From Lingula anatina (taxonomy: Eukaryota; Animalia; Brachiopoda), in contig CM120649.1 in assembly GCA_051362555.1 (NCBI GenBank), positions 12,586,001-12,650,000 on the forward strand: 64,000 nt of DNA. The letters are read 5' to 3'. The notes beneath the pieces were generated by a model that was given only the letters and a program-made list of their open reading frames with translations, had not been told where the DNA came from and ran no database searches. This document shows positions 25,301 through 39,542 of this stretch, one piece after another. Position numbers and translations under genes: made by a program. Within the stretch, counting starts at the first letter, position 1. Every line of letters begins with the position of its first letter.

Positions 25301-28300
25301 CAGCTCATGATCATCATGCTTACATTGCATTGCTATGCCATTGTGATCAGGTTAATTGATTTGACTTACAGTGAAGAAATGTGATCATTTTTATTTTTCT
25401 TTCCCTTAATGAATATCTGCACGTATGCACAGTGTTTGGTACCTTCATGTATCAATTGACAACACTGTATAACAATGCAGTTTCAAAGTTTACCTGTTAA
25501 GTGGATCTTCACTAAGGACTTATCTCAGTAGTTGAACAAATGCCAGCTCAGCACGACTTTGGAAATTTCCACCATGTGTCCTGGTTCTCTATCAAAGTTC
25601 AAGTATCTTTTGTGTCCTCCACATATCTCATTTAGCAAATTATTCATGTTCTAATGTGATGTAAATGCAAAGTCTTGGTATGTGGTCCTCAGTGTTCAGA
25701 GTATATTGATCACCCACTGTGTCATCTATAGTGTTGAGTCTTTCATTATCAATCACATCAACCATAGTACTGACATTTTTGTATTGAATTTTATATCACC
25801 AGAGCAAAAACATTTTTAATCAACATAGTAAAAAATGGTCTTATTATGCACTTGATAATTTGCATCATCAAGCAAAATTTCTTAAATTGAAAAAAAATAA
25901 TAAATTACACAATACTATCACAGCACGTTCAGTTCCATAGATACATGCAATTACTACTTTGAAGTGTTCATTATTCAATATATCCTATGTCATTGATGAT
26001 ATTTCAGAGAAAATCAGAATATTTTGAAAAATTTAATCGCACTGTATGTCTTTTTCTTCAGCGCCTGCGGCTATCAGTATATCTGACCCGTTGCCAGCCA
26101 ACAGTGCCACTGCCTCTCTGGCCAGCAGTACGTCCAGTATCCAGTCCGCAGTGGCCGCAGCTGACTATAAGGAAAGCAAAGAAAAACCTAAAGCAGAAAG
26201 GTAAGCTGTTGTGATGATGTTTTACTTTTTAATTTTTTCTTAAATTTAATTATAGTGATTATAGTTCAATGTCATTTGTGTCAATTGCCTTATGTTTTAT
26301 ATATCCTGGGTTTAAATTTTTTAATTGTGACCTATTAAGATGGTTGTCAAAAAATAAATATGTGAGATTTAAAAAGGTTTACTGTAGGCTAAGTATGCAA
26401 AACAACATACTTCAAAAATTCAGCATAGGAAATGTTTCCAGCTTGCTTTGAGGCACTTAATGTCCAAGAATTTGTAATGTGACTCACATGACATGCCTTT
26501 ATAAAATATAGATTCAGGAGATTTAGTTTTCGACGAAGCAGCAGTATGAGTTTGTAAGTAGGCAGGGAGTTGCTTTGTATTTTTCCTTTAAGTTATTTTA
26601 ATGAGTATATTATTATTATTATTATTATTTTGTAAATTTTTTGAATTTTTGCATTGAACACCATTTGCAGTGTTTGAATTTTGAATATTAAAACAAAGAT
26701 TTGACTGAATTAAATTTGGGTGAGCATTTGTATGATGTTATTTGCATCAAGGGTTTTTGTACATTAAAAGAATACTATTAGGTTTAAATATGCTAAATTT
26801 CCTACAATTGGCATATTTCCTACAATTTGGGAACCCAAAATATCTTTGGCCAAGATGGTCCCCTGGACATATTTTCTGACTTTTTCACTAAGTAGCGGTC
26901 TCATACCTGTGATAATATGTGTGCTTAAAAATAGAAAAGAAAAAGCATCTACATAAATTAAACAGTTGTAGTGTCAGTGAAAATGTTGTATAGCCAGTTT
27001 GTCAACAGTTCCTGCAAGTTGGTTACCAGTTCCCGTCTTTTCCATTCACTGGTCAACTCACTCTTACTCTTATTTTAGGTCCAAGTCAATTGGTCAACAG
27101 TTTCAGTTAGTTGGTCAACATTTCCAGTCATTTCCACTCACTGGTCATTTCTCTCTTTCTGTTTCTCCAGGTCCCAGTCAGTCGGTCAGCAGTCTCAGGG
27201 CGGTCAGTCCCTTGGCCAGTCCCCGTTCGGCGTGCGTCAGGACAAGCTGGACAGCACAGAGGTCAAGGATCTGCTGATGTGCTTCATGTACATTGTGAAA
27301 AATTTGCCAGAAGGTGGGTAGATTTTGGGCAAAATTTCAGAATTTTGGAACAATTCAGTGAAAATTTTGATTACGCTTTTCAAAAGATTTGTAATAATAT
27401 ATAAGATAAACATTTATTGTAGATAAAGATGAAATGGTTAATTGTTGCTTAAAAAGGAATTGACCAGGAGAGTTTAAAGATCTGAAGCAAAAATTCAAAA
27501 CTGCAAAAAATATTTTTTGCATCAGATTATATAAGAATTAAACTCAGATTGTTTAAGGAATTGAACATTACAGATTTTTAAATATTGTATTTTCAATTCA
27601 AATTATTATTCATACCTAACTTTGTCATCATGCTAGATGTTCTTCTTGGTTGGTTTAACAACTCATCCGAGTACGACATCCTGGACTTCTTGAATGTTCT
27701 AGAGTAAGTGGGGCACATACATTACGTTAGTTATTTTGAATTATTCTAAAAGACCACCTGTAAGATCTGTGGCGCAATTTATATTATATATTTGTCAAAT
27801 CCACTGCAAATATTCTATAATATGTTGATGGATAGTTCAAAAATAGTATCAAAACTTATAATGAGGTATTGTGGAGTATTCCTTTTCATCAACAGTTTTT
27901 CTATGAAATTGATTTTAAGAACAAATGTTAATGATATTTATGTATAATAATTATTTTAAGATGGTGTTAAAAAATTTTTTTGACATTGTGTTTTTTGTCA
28001 GGATTTGTATGCAGCAATTCAAGTACCTGGGGAGGAAAAAAATCTTTGCTTTGAGGTAAGTCAGTGCACGTGACTTTCACATGACAATCACATGACCACG
28101 TTGTGTTGGTATGCTGTACATTGTCATATAATTGACCTCATCTCCCCCCTCTCCAAAGCATAGAATGACGATTGGTATTCACACAACTAACTCTGGTACA
28201 TGTATTTTTAGCACATATGAGTGCCATGTAGTTTCTTTATGTTGATTGTCTCATTAGGTGATCTGGAAAATATTTCTCGATTGCTGTAAAAGACTTCCAG

Positions 28301-28328
28301 TTTATCCAAAGGTCTATTGATTCAGTTT

Positions 28329-28387
<59 letters not shown>

Positions 28388-30479
28388 TATTGCAAAACAT
28401 CATGGATAAGTATGATCTTAGAGTCTATATAAATTTGTAAGATCACTAATCAGTAATGGGCATGGACTTCTAAACACACGCAAATTGTAGTGGGTGTTAA
28501 GTCCGAAAAAAGACTTCAATTTATGTTATCAGTTTTATATCTGAAAAAGAGAAGTCGTCTTTATGGATTTCTTCTTATTTACAGCATGGAGGAGGATGAG
28601 AGGTATAAAGATATTTCTTTTAAAAATTTTACTGCTTCAAGTTTCTAAATTTCTGTCTTCAGCTGTTTTTCTCTGTTTTATGGTAAAGAAGATTGAATAG
28701 TTTTAGTGATATATTTGCAGAAGGAGAAACTTATAAGCAAAAAAATGTCTTAATGTAAAATTTAAATATTTTTACATGAGCATTGAGGATGATTCTTTTG
28801 ATTTGATGAGATATTTTAAAAACAGTGGAGACTTTTAGAAACTTGCAAATAACAGTTCAAATGCATTACCTATGTCATCTGTCTCAAACCTTGTCTGTCT
28901 GTTGTCTGCAATTCTGGTAATGGCCAGTACGATTTCATATTGTAGATTTTTATTTTATTTTAAAAAGGTCATTTTTGTTACCTGATATGCAAGAATTCTT
29001 GATTTTTAAGCAAATTAATTTCAAGTTTTATTATTATTTTCAGAAAATATGTTGTAGCTTTGTATCCTGGCTTTAAATTTTTTTCTGTTCCCAAAATGTT
29101 TTTCATATCCTTTTGATCTTAAATAGACAAAATCACAAAATTGTTTCACAATTTGTGTTTATTCAGGAAATGATTTGTCAGTTTATTGTCTGTTGTGGAA
29201 TGATTGAATATGACCAATAGATATTATTTGAATGTATTACAAATTGTCTTTTTGTTGGTGCTATATGTTGTTCTGTTGAGTTATCATAATGGCCTTGATA
29301 TAACATTGAAGAATATATGAAACTGATGGCATAAAACATTTACTAGCTAGGCAAATATCAGCACTACATTTTAACCATTGATTTGTAGCCTTCAGAACTA
29401 AGGCTTAAGATGAGGGGATGAATTTCGTATGATATTCATTTCTATACCTAAATTCAAGTTAAATACTTACATTTCACAAATAAAAGGTGTGGAAGGCTTA
29501 GATTCCTCTAGATTATTAATTCACTACTTAAGGTTTTGCTTTGACAATTCATATAATATAGAAAACACTGAAATATATTTCTACAAAATCATTTAATGCT
29601 TATGCTTGGAAGGTGTAATCTTAAATTGCAAAATATAATATGCAGATGTGATGAAATGAATGAAAATGATGCATGGAAAGTATCAGAAATTATGATAAAA
29701 TATAAATCCTTAAACTGGTGAGTTTTATGCAAACGGAACCCTATAATTTTGATTTTCATTCATTTAGATGCATCTGGGTCTCTAAGTGTAGTATGAGTGC
29801 ATGCTTATACCTTTTAAATGTGCCTCAAACCATGTCACCAGCTGTTCTCTATATATTAAGTCTCTGAATTGTTTAAGGGTCCAGTGATTACTCACAATTT
29901 CCAGAATTAATTTATTCTTAAGGACTTATTATTATTGAACCCCCCCCCCCCCTCAAAAAGAAAATTCAGATACTGATTAGCAAAAAATTCTGTTTCTGAT
30001 CTGTTTTCCAAGCAATGTCAAGAAAATTAAGATAAGCATCACATTAAGGAAATATTTGTTTATTTTAATCACATTGTGAGAAACTACCAAATTAGCACAG
30101 TTGGCCAATGTATCAGTTGTGTTAATTATGCATGTCAGTCAGTGTCATGGTTCTCTGAAAAAAAAAAAAGAATAATAATAAATTCAGTGTCCTACAAAGT
30201 TGTTACTGTCTCTGTATGTTGTTTTTGTTTATAGTGATCTGTAAAAAAGAACTTTTACAGAGGCTCAACTTGTTAACATTTCATTTTTATTTTTGTTCAA
30301 ACAAATTTTGATTGTTTCCACATATTTTGTCAGTTGTTGATATTAAATGTTTTCCGAACATAGCTATTTTAGTTACTCAGAGATGAAAAAATGCCCTCAC
30401 AGTGGATTTTGTGTCCATTTGCAGTAGATATTATTACGACTCATTCAATTTCAGGATTTTGGAATTAACCATGTTATTT

Positions 30480-30522
<43 letters not shown>

Positions 30523-33500
30523 TTATGAAATTATGACTGTCCATGAAGAATTATGTTTTCAAAGAAAGCCTTGTCACCAGATTCTGGTCATAAATTCTCT
30601 CATGTTCCATTCTCAGCATGATAGGCGACAGTCGAAAGGCGCTCACGATGCCAACTGGGCGGGGCAAAGGAGGTCTGATGATGCATGCCCGCGCAGCCAG
30701 TGCCTACGGGGAGGTCAGCATGGACGGGTTCAGCTGTAAGTGTGTTCACTTATATCAGTTACAAAGTCTTCTTACACTAATCCAATATTTGAAACCTGTT
30801 GAAAAAAGGCCTGCCCATGAAAAAGGCTGAAAAAACTTAAGCAAAAATATGTATAGTTTGTGTGTGTGATTGGCCAATTTAATGAACGCTTTACACTTTG
30901 ACAACCTTAACACATTTGTGAACATATGCCCCATTATGACCTTGACCTTGTATGGTTAACCTTGACCTTCTGTTCTTATTTCCTCTAGCCCCCAGTGGTT
31001 CAGATGCTGATACTCTTTCCCGCGCCAATCAGGAGGCCAGCCTGGCTGTAGAGATAGGACTAACAGTACTGGATGTTATAACTCAGTACAGCCACCAGTT
31101 CAAGGTGGGGTTTGGTTCATATTTGCATTAAAAATATTAGTCTTAGTCCTGATGGTATATCTATTAGTGTATTCTTACAGATATGAATTGAATAGCTTAT
31201 AAATCAAATTTTAAAGAGAGTTGCCTTGGTATTAAACTTCTGAACTTTGGTAAAGTATATGGTTCATTATAATTAGAAAAACTTAGGTTTTTCACTATAT
31301 CCTAACTGAAATAATTTAATAAAAGTGACAGTACCAATTAATGATTGTTTCATCTTTTTATTATTTTTTCTCACAGTTTTGCAGTCTTTTATGATTTTTG
31401 TTTTTATATTTCAAATAATTTTTTCATTCCAGGCCCAGTTGGAGTTCAAAGATGGTGACAATACTGTGATGAGGAAGATATTCGATCTGTACATGATGTT
31501 CCTCCAAACCAGCCAATCAGAAGCCTTGCTCAAACATGCTTTTGCCGCTCTCAGGCTATTTGTTCATAAGGTAAGCATAGCTGAAATTAAGACATGAGCA
31601 GTAGTGAGAATAATATGTAAAAGTTGTTTTTTTCACAAAAATTCAACAATAAGATATGGTAATTTTAATCAAATTTGAACAATATTTTATCATATTTTTT
31701 GGAATGTTTTGCAGGCAATTAATTTTTTTCAATTAGTGTGTTTGGTTCCAATGTGCAGTGATTTTATAATAACTGAGATAAAATATTAATTTTGAAATTT
31801 TGTTTGAAAATTGTAAATAATAATTATAACCATAAAACTTATGTATCAAGAAAAAAAAGGTTAAGCTACAATGCTTTCCTCATTTTACTTCAGTTTCCAA
31901 AGGTGCTATTCAAGGGACATGCCATACTTTGCAGTAATATGTGTTATGAGGTAGGTAATAATGACACCTACATACACAGTAAGACATCTGTTAAATGAAT
32001 AAAATCAATCAATTTTGTTGTCACTTATTAGTGAACTATTTTATGTGAAAATATTTTGTTTAAAATAATAATATATACATTTTTTCTTATATAAATTACA
32101 ACCCAAAACTTGGTTATATATTTACAATACAAATTCAATGAAATATTGAACACCTGGAAATGTAGATTTGTAAATGATTAAATGACTTAAAGGAATTTAG
32201 AATTTAAAATGAGTATTTAATAGAAATGCATGCTGACATACATTAAGTACTAATTTAAGATTCAAAGTACAAATTATTTTATGCAAACTAAAATTTCAGC
32301 TGCTGAGAGGTTGCAACTCTCGCCTAAAGTCCACCAGAAATGAGTCCTGTGCTCTGTTATACCTTCTCATGAAGGCCAACTTTGAATTCATGAAGAGAAA
32401 GAGTTTCACAAGGGTGCATTTGCAGGTCAGTCAAATGCTAAATGATTGTGTTCGTTGAGAAACAATTGGCACAACCACATTGCTTTTGATGAGATAATTC
32501 AACAAATTCTTTTCTCTGTAGCATCAGGGTGAATGGGTGGTGTTTTGTGAACTAAATTTTGGAAACTTTTTGAATGAATTTAGAACCAAAGTTTCCCAAG
32601 CTTGGGTGCATAATACTCGTACATCCATTATTTTGCATCAAATACATGTTGGATTGTGAAACTAATATAAAGTGGGGAAAGGTTGTGTCCGTAATTTTTT
32701 GTGTCCGTAATATTGTTGTGTCCGTAACTTTACATGAGTATAATGATTCTATGTCCAGGTCATCATCAATGTGTCCCAACTCCTGGGAGAGGTAGTGGGG
32801 CTGGCAGGAACCAGGTTTCAGGAGAGTCTGTCCATCATCAACAGCTACGCCAACAGTGATAAGGCAATGCAGGTAAGAAGCCGCCATTTTACTTTTATGA
32901 TCTCATTTCAGTTTTGCAGTATGTTAATTACTCTCAGTTTCACACAGCTCACATACACGTTTTAAAAATTCTCCATTTTATGTGTAATAGTTTTAAAGTT
33001 GCTAACAGATATGTACTCCCTGACACAAACATATGCATATGACACCTCCAAAACTTCATTTAAATATTTTATATTTAAAAAAAGCAACCTTGGTAAAATG
33101 ATTAATCTAATTGGTTCAAAGTTATTGAACCATTACTGTATTCAGAGGTTCAGCAGGGGTGAGAGAAGGGGCCTTTTGCTTAGGACCCATTGCAATGTAC
33201 TATATGATATAGCTTTCTCCTGAACTCGTTGATAATTTCAGCAATATTTTACCCCTTGCTATCCTCATTTCTGCTTTTGATGAATGAGGCTTGAAGCTAT
33301 ATATGTATGAAGTATTTTAAATATATTTGTTTTAAACTGATAAATTGACCAAGTTTGTTCAGTGCTATAAATACAATATAAACAGGTGCTTTGATTTAAA
33401 AAAGCTGTAAAAAAGATACTGTATAACAGCCTCTACATTACCATGTGGTTTGTCAAGATCAAATGATGTTCTATCCTAGATGGGACAGTCATGGTAGGAA

Positions 33501-36500
33501 AAAATTGTCAGTATCTGTTTTTAGGCATTTATATAACTAGTAGTATCTCTGCAACTGGTTTAAGAACAGGATCAAATATATTGTTTTAGGCTGCAATATC
33601 TGCTTATGGGGTATGTGATATTTAAGCATGTTCTCAAGAAGTTATTTCTGCAGATATTAGCCAAGCTTTCATTTCTTTCATTTCATTTTACTTGTGTCTA
33701 CAAAAATATTTACACATTATACCCATGCCTCTTTAATGTGATTTAAAGATATTTGAAATTTTAGATTTTTTTAGTAATAAAGTTTTCCACATTTATTAGT
33801 GTGTGGGTAAACATGATCAGATTATAGTGTTTCTTTATGAGTCATGTTTCCTAAGATTTTACATCATATAATAGTAAAAAAAAAAAAGGTTACTTGCACA
33901 TGATTTACAAAGGAAATCTTGTAAACTATTCAACCAGTTGGGGTCAGTCATGATTGCAAACAACAGAATCTGCACATGGGGTTTGCCATGATCAGATGAT
34001 GAACCTCTGTATCTATGGCCCATGTTTCACCATGGTTTATGGCCATTACATCTCGTAGATTGTAGCAAGTGGTAGTTTCATATGGCAAGAGGTAAAGGTT
34101 AATATCTAAGAACTGTTATTGGGATCAAGATTAAGAGTGAAAAATGGCTGTAGGAATTGGAGTCCTGGTTTTTAAGCTCTCTTCTGGTGCAGGAGGAAGT
34201 GGTCCAGTTATTAGTGAAATTGGAGGGGTTTTTGGCCCTATCTAATAATGATTTTATTATGTTTTTCATCATTTTGAAATAAAAGAAGTAAAGAAAAAGG
34301 GGTCCTTGGCTTGTAAGCACACATATTAAAAGGAATATGATAACATTTATTTACTATAAAATCTGAAGCGGTGCAAATGATTTTTATACTGATACTTAAT
34401 TAAACACCAAAAGACTTAATTAAACACCAAAAAAAATTTTAAAAAAAAACTGATATGGAATTTATCTATATTGTGGCTCCCTCAAGTGAACTTTACCAGT
34501 GCGTGATACCCTGCAGATATGAACATCAATCAACATAGTGACCTGTGAGATATTCACCGTAACCGCCTCAGATACCTGAGCAACTGCTTAGAAGATATAG
34601 AAATATTTTCTGCCTGGGTAGTGATAGATTTGTGCCAAAGAGAAAATGATACATCCAATATGGGAATTGAATGATGGCTAAGAATTTTTTATTTATTTAT
34701 TCATTTATTTTTTTTGAAAATTAATATTTTGCAAATGTAAAGGTATAGTTTCTGCCTTCATGCATGCACATATCCCAGAATGCAGACTTGTAAATATTTA
34801 AGTATGCATGCTTGCACCTAGAAACACACACACACATGCACGCAAACATGTATATGCTTTCATATACAGACATATGCATAATTTGTACACAAGCTCAGTG
34901 AAATGCATTCCTTGTGTCTTTCCCTGTGCAGTGCATTTTGTTCAGCTACCACCAGCACATAGATGTATGTGTGTATGTATGTGGGTTATATTTATTGTGT
35001 ACGGGATTGTATATCAGTCATTTACAGACATGTGCATGGCAAGCTTTGGCGAGGTGCTGTAAAACTTATAATTTTCATTTTTTTCTACACTGAAGTAGTT
35101 AAGTGAAGAACAATTTTTGTGAAAGAGATACTATAATTATGCTATCAGTGGCACAATTCTTCATTCTCATTAGTGTACATGTAACTTGAACAAATGAAGC
35201 TTTTTTCGGAAAATTGATAAACTGCAGGATTTAAAGGTTTTACAGTTGCCTCTCAAAGTATGTTACAAACGTGTACTCATATATATGTGCATTTAGTATT
35301 CGATATCAGCATGGTACACTGCTATAGACCTGAGAGTTGTTGAGACCTATTAAGTATACCAGTAAAACCTTATGCTGTTATACATATGTGCATGGATTTG
35401 ATACCCAATTTTTTCTTTTTTGATTATGACGCCAGTTTTGGGCCAGACAAGAAAGACAGGTAAAAGGAGTTAGTGTGTTGACTCTAACACTTGATGTGTA
35501 AATATGTTTGCATTTTGTTGATTTTATTTTGTTTGACATTGACTGGAGATGCTTAATTTGGAGTTCCAGGAGAAACAGGTAAAATGTTTTATTTTTGTGA
35601 TTCTATTTTTTTGTGTGTGTATTTTTACATCTTTTAACATTTTTGTTTTGTTTCACCGTTTATTTTTTACCACTTTATCCCAGGGCCCAATAGCAGTGAG
35701 GATGGTAAGATCAATTATTTTATTTTGTCTACTTCTGCACAGCACAACATAATAAAATCTCATTAATTGGTTAACTTCTATTTTTCATTCCTATCTAATA
35801 AATTACCAGCGAGGTATTTTTGAAGTACTCTCATTTGCATCTGTTCAAAATACAAATTCTTTTCTAACTTTTTTCCCAGTGCTTTTTCAAATTTAGTTAT
35901 TGCTTTCAAACTTCCTTTTAAGTTTTATTTTTCTATAATAACTTTTATTTATTTTTGCTTATTTAACAAATTGGAATATGACAACGATTAATGAGATTTT
36001 AACTGAGAAAAAATAACCTCCATGCATAGAACCTAGTAAAGGTCAGGATCTAAGGGTGCTTTTACAATGAATCCACCTTATTAGCTACTCTGCATTAACT
36101 CCATGGAAGCTCTTGCTGCATGCAATTAGATTAACAGACTAACATGCATTTTAGCCTGTTAAACTGATTGCATTCAGTGAGAGTCTCCATGGAGTTAGCG
36201 CTCAGCAGCTAGTACAATATCTTCATTGTGAATGTACCCTTAGAGTTGCCAACATTTTAGTTCTCAAAATTGTAGACATTTACTGTTAATCATTCTCTTA
36301 ACGATGGAATTAACAGCTGAAAACGAAAGAAATGAAAGATGAATTAAAACAGGTGTTGGTGGAAAGAGTTTAGAGTTGGCAATCCTGGTTAAGTTGTCAT
36401 TAAGACACAAAAAAAAATCTTTTGCATGTTTGTTGTTAAATTTCAAACCGAAAAAATTTCTATTGCCTGTTTAGAATATAAAATCATGGTAGAAAAGTAA

Positions 36501-39481
36501 TTGAGGATTGGTATATTCATGGCATGTATCTTTTTCTTACCTTGGAACATATTCAATTGTGCACCACATTTATTTTTATACTTTGGGAAAGGATACTTAC
36601 TACTATTAATAGCTGACTTTGTTTCTCAGTCTTTTCATCATAGTTTTGATGTTTTAACTTTCTTCTGAACTTATCAGATGATGATATGATATCTTACTTA
36701 ATAAAAGGTTATAGGTGGGGTGGGGGGAAGGAGTGAGTCTAGAATGCCTTTTAAAATGACAATCAGAATTATTGTACTAGGACTTGATTTAGATGTCTGA
36801 GGCTCAGTGGGGGTCTTTCATAACCCCTCTTTCTGCATAAAATCCTCCTGGTGTCTCGGACATCTAAGTTTGAATCCCAGATTGATTGATTTACTATGTG
36901 GTTGCCTGGTGGCGTTCTTTAGACTTGTCATCATTTTAAGTTATAACTTGTCTGAACTGGCTGTTTTATGATCACATTTGGATTAATGCTCTCACTTTCT
37001 TGACTGACCAAAGGTGTGTTTCCAGTTAAGATGGAACAATGTAACTTAGTACATGTTATCCCAGCAGGGCTTGTGATTGGTTTCTTGCCAAAAGAAGGTA
37101 ATTTCACTTCAATTTAATCTTTTATCCCCCCCCCCTCCCAGCCCCCACATTCTTTCAAACCTTACCCCCCTCCCACCCTCCCCCACACATCCCTGTCATA
37201 ACTGACTATGAGGTATTCTATATGTTATCAGATTGTTTCTTATGGTCAACCAATCAGAAGCCCACTGAGATGGGTCACACTGAGTAAGGTTGAATCAGCC
37301 TGAATGGAAACAAGACTTGAACAGCTATTGTGTATTCTCTTTGCACATGTATTTCTTATATTGTGGTGAAGTGGTATGATTTGTGAAGTGATCATGCTGA
37401 AAGAATTCATAAATGTTGTGCATAAAGGTTTTTGTCAAAGAGATTGTTTTCAGAGTTTATGAATGGAAAGCACACATGCTCTCACAGAGTTATGTATGTG
37501 ATATCTATATATTTTAAGTAGTAAATAATGCACTGTCCACGAGCCCGATATCACGATAGCAGGCCGAGCGTCAGTGAGGCATGCTATCGTGGATATCGGG
37601 CGAGGGGGTAACAGTGCATTATTTGTCATACATACAAAGGGAAATCGTGCGTATTCCCCACCCAAACCCCCTAACTTTGAATAGAACACGCTGATATCAC
37701 TGCGCATGGAGTGATATCAAAGAATGGACTTTCCCCGCGTATACCGCCTAATTGCGGTCACCGTCCAATCATTTTCATCTACGTGAATGGTTTGTGGTTG
37801 CGTGTGTCTTGACAGGGACATGGGTCAGTGGTTTTCTGCGAGTAGTTGGCTAATTTCCTGTCCATCTTTCGCACGTGGCAGTCACTCCGTCTCATTCATT
37901 ATATCGGTCCCTGCAATCCTTTTGTTTAGATATCAGCCCCGTGGTATGTATATTAAAAGATGCTTCATGTTAAGGTTAATCTCATATTTAGTAGAGTAAA
38001 AATTGTTTCAAATTAGTAATGATTATTTTTGAAAGATTGTTAATAGCTCTGTCAGAAAATGCTGAAATCTGGGTTTGAGGTTGCCATCCAGTGGCCTGTA
38101 GAAGGATAAGAAGAAAGGTTAACACTTAATGCATGAAAAACTCATAACATTAACCCAGCCACTTAATATAATACAATTACATTACAATGAAAATACCATC
38201 ATTTCCTCATTTCAAGAGTCAGATAACAATATTGTGGATGTGAAATTAGTTTTTAATCTTAGCCTAGATAAAAGGCATCCTGCAGCACTGGAGGACTTTG
38301 CTGCCATGGCAACATGTAAACAGAGGTCACTGATATAGGGGAAGGTTTGGCGACCAGGAAGTAAAGAGAAAGCTTGCTAATTGAAATGGGGAAAATGCCT
38401 TTCTTTCTTTCTAACATGCATTATGCTACATATCTAAGAATAAGGTACAGTTATCCCAAACAGAGCTTAGATACATGAATGTAAAGAAATGCAGTCTGTA
38501 TATGATGTATTACCCATTTATTAGTTGATACAGGCTGGGTAGAATTATGTATATACGTGATAGCAGATTGGAGTTCCATTATCATGTCATTAAGGAGAAG
38601 TCCTCTGAAGAAGCAGTGAATCTTAAGTTCTTGGACTAAACCCAGATTGCAAAAGTCTGATAACCCACTACTATTTTGTGATATTGGTCTGAAAGCTCTG
38701 AAGAAACATTGACCCAGAACAGGTGTATTTGACATACCTAAATGGGCTGCTGTTATTGCTGAGATTAAATATCTCAGTTTGTAAGGGGCGTCAATTGAAA
38801 TATATCAAAAACAAGGTATGCAAACTTTTAACTTATTTCTTAAATGCAACTAAGTCTAACTTGGCTTTAGCCCCAAAAACTGACCTTAGACTTAATTTTT
38901 ATGTATCAGACTCCTGGTCTCATTTATATATGTCATACGCTCATTTCAATAAATCCCATGTGATATTAAAAAGAGACCCCTTTTATCAGGACTCGATCCC
39001 CCATTCAATAACAACAGAAATATTTAAGCACTTTATAGTACACAGGCAGTTACATTATTGAACAGACAAACAGAAAGGCCAAATGTGAAGTTTTCGGCTG
39101 CAGCACAAAACTGGGGTTGTTTGTTATGCAAACAAGTCAGTGGTGGGGTTCTCACATACAAATGTAGTAGAGATGCAATAGCTAGGGAGGAGAGACCACA
39201 GGAGTGAGAAGGTAGGGGAATAATGGTAGAAGACTGTACACATATATAGGTTAGACTGTACACATGTATAGGTTAGGCTTACAGATGTGCCTGCTGTGTA
39301 TGTACATGTAATTATAAGCAAGTGGTACTTTGTAGTAAGGAGGTATATAGGAGAATGGATGTAGTGTAGAGGCATATAGGAGAATGAATGTAGTGATGTA
39401 GTGTAGAGGTGTATAGGAGAATGGGTGTATAGTGTGGTATATTTGTACATGAAGGTTCAGTGGATAGGGTTCATACTAGTT

Positions 39482-39542
<61 letters not shown>

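Noticed and set aside
38723-38815. 93-nt in-frame segment ending AAG|GTATGC
   Set aside because: The acceptor lacks a pyrimidine tract and the peptide has no recognisable features; too weak to call.
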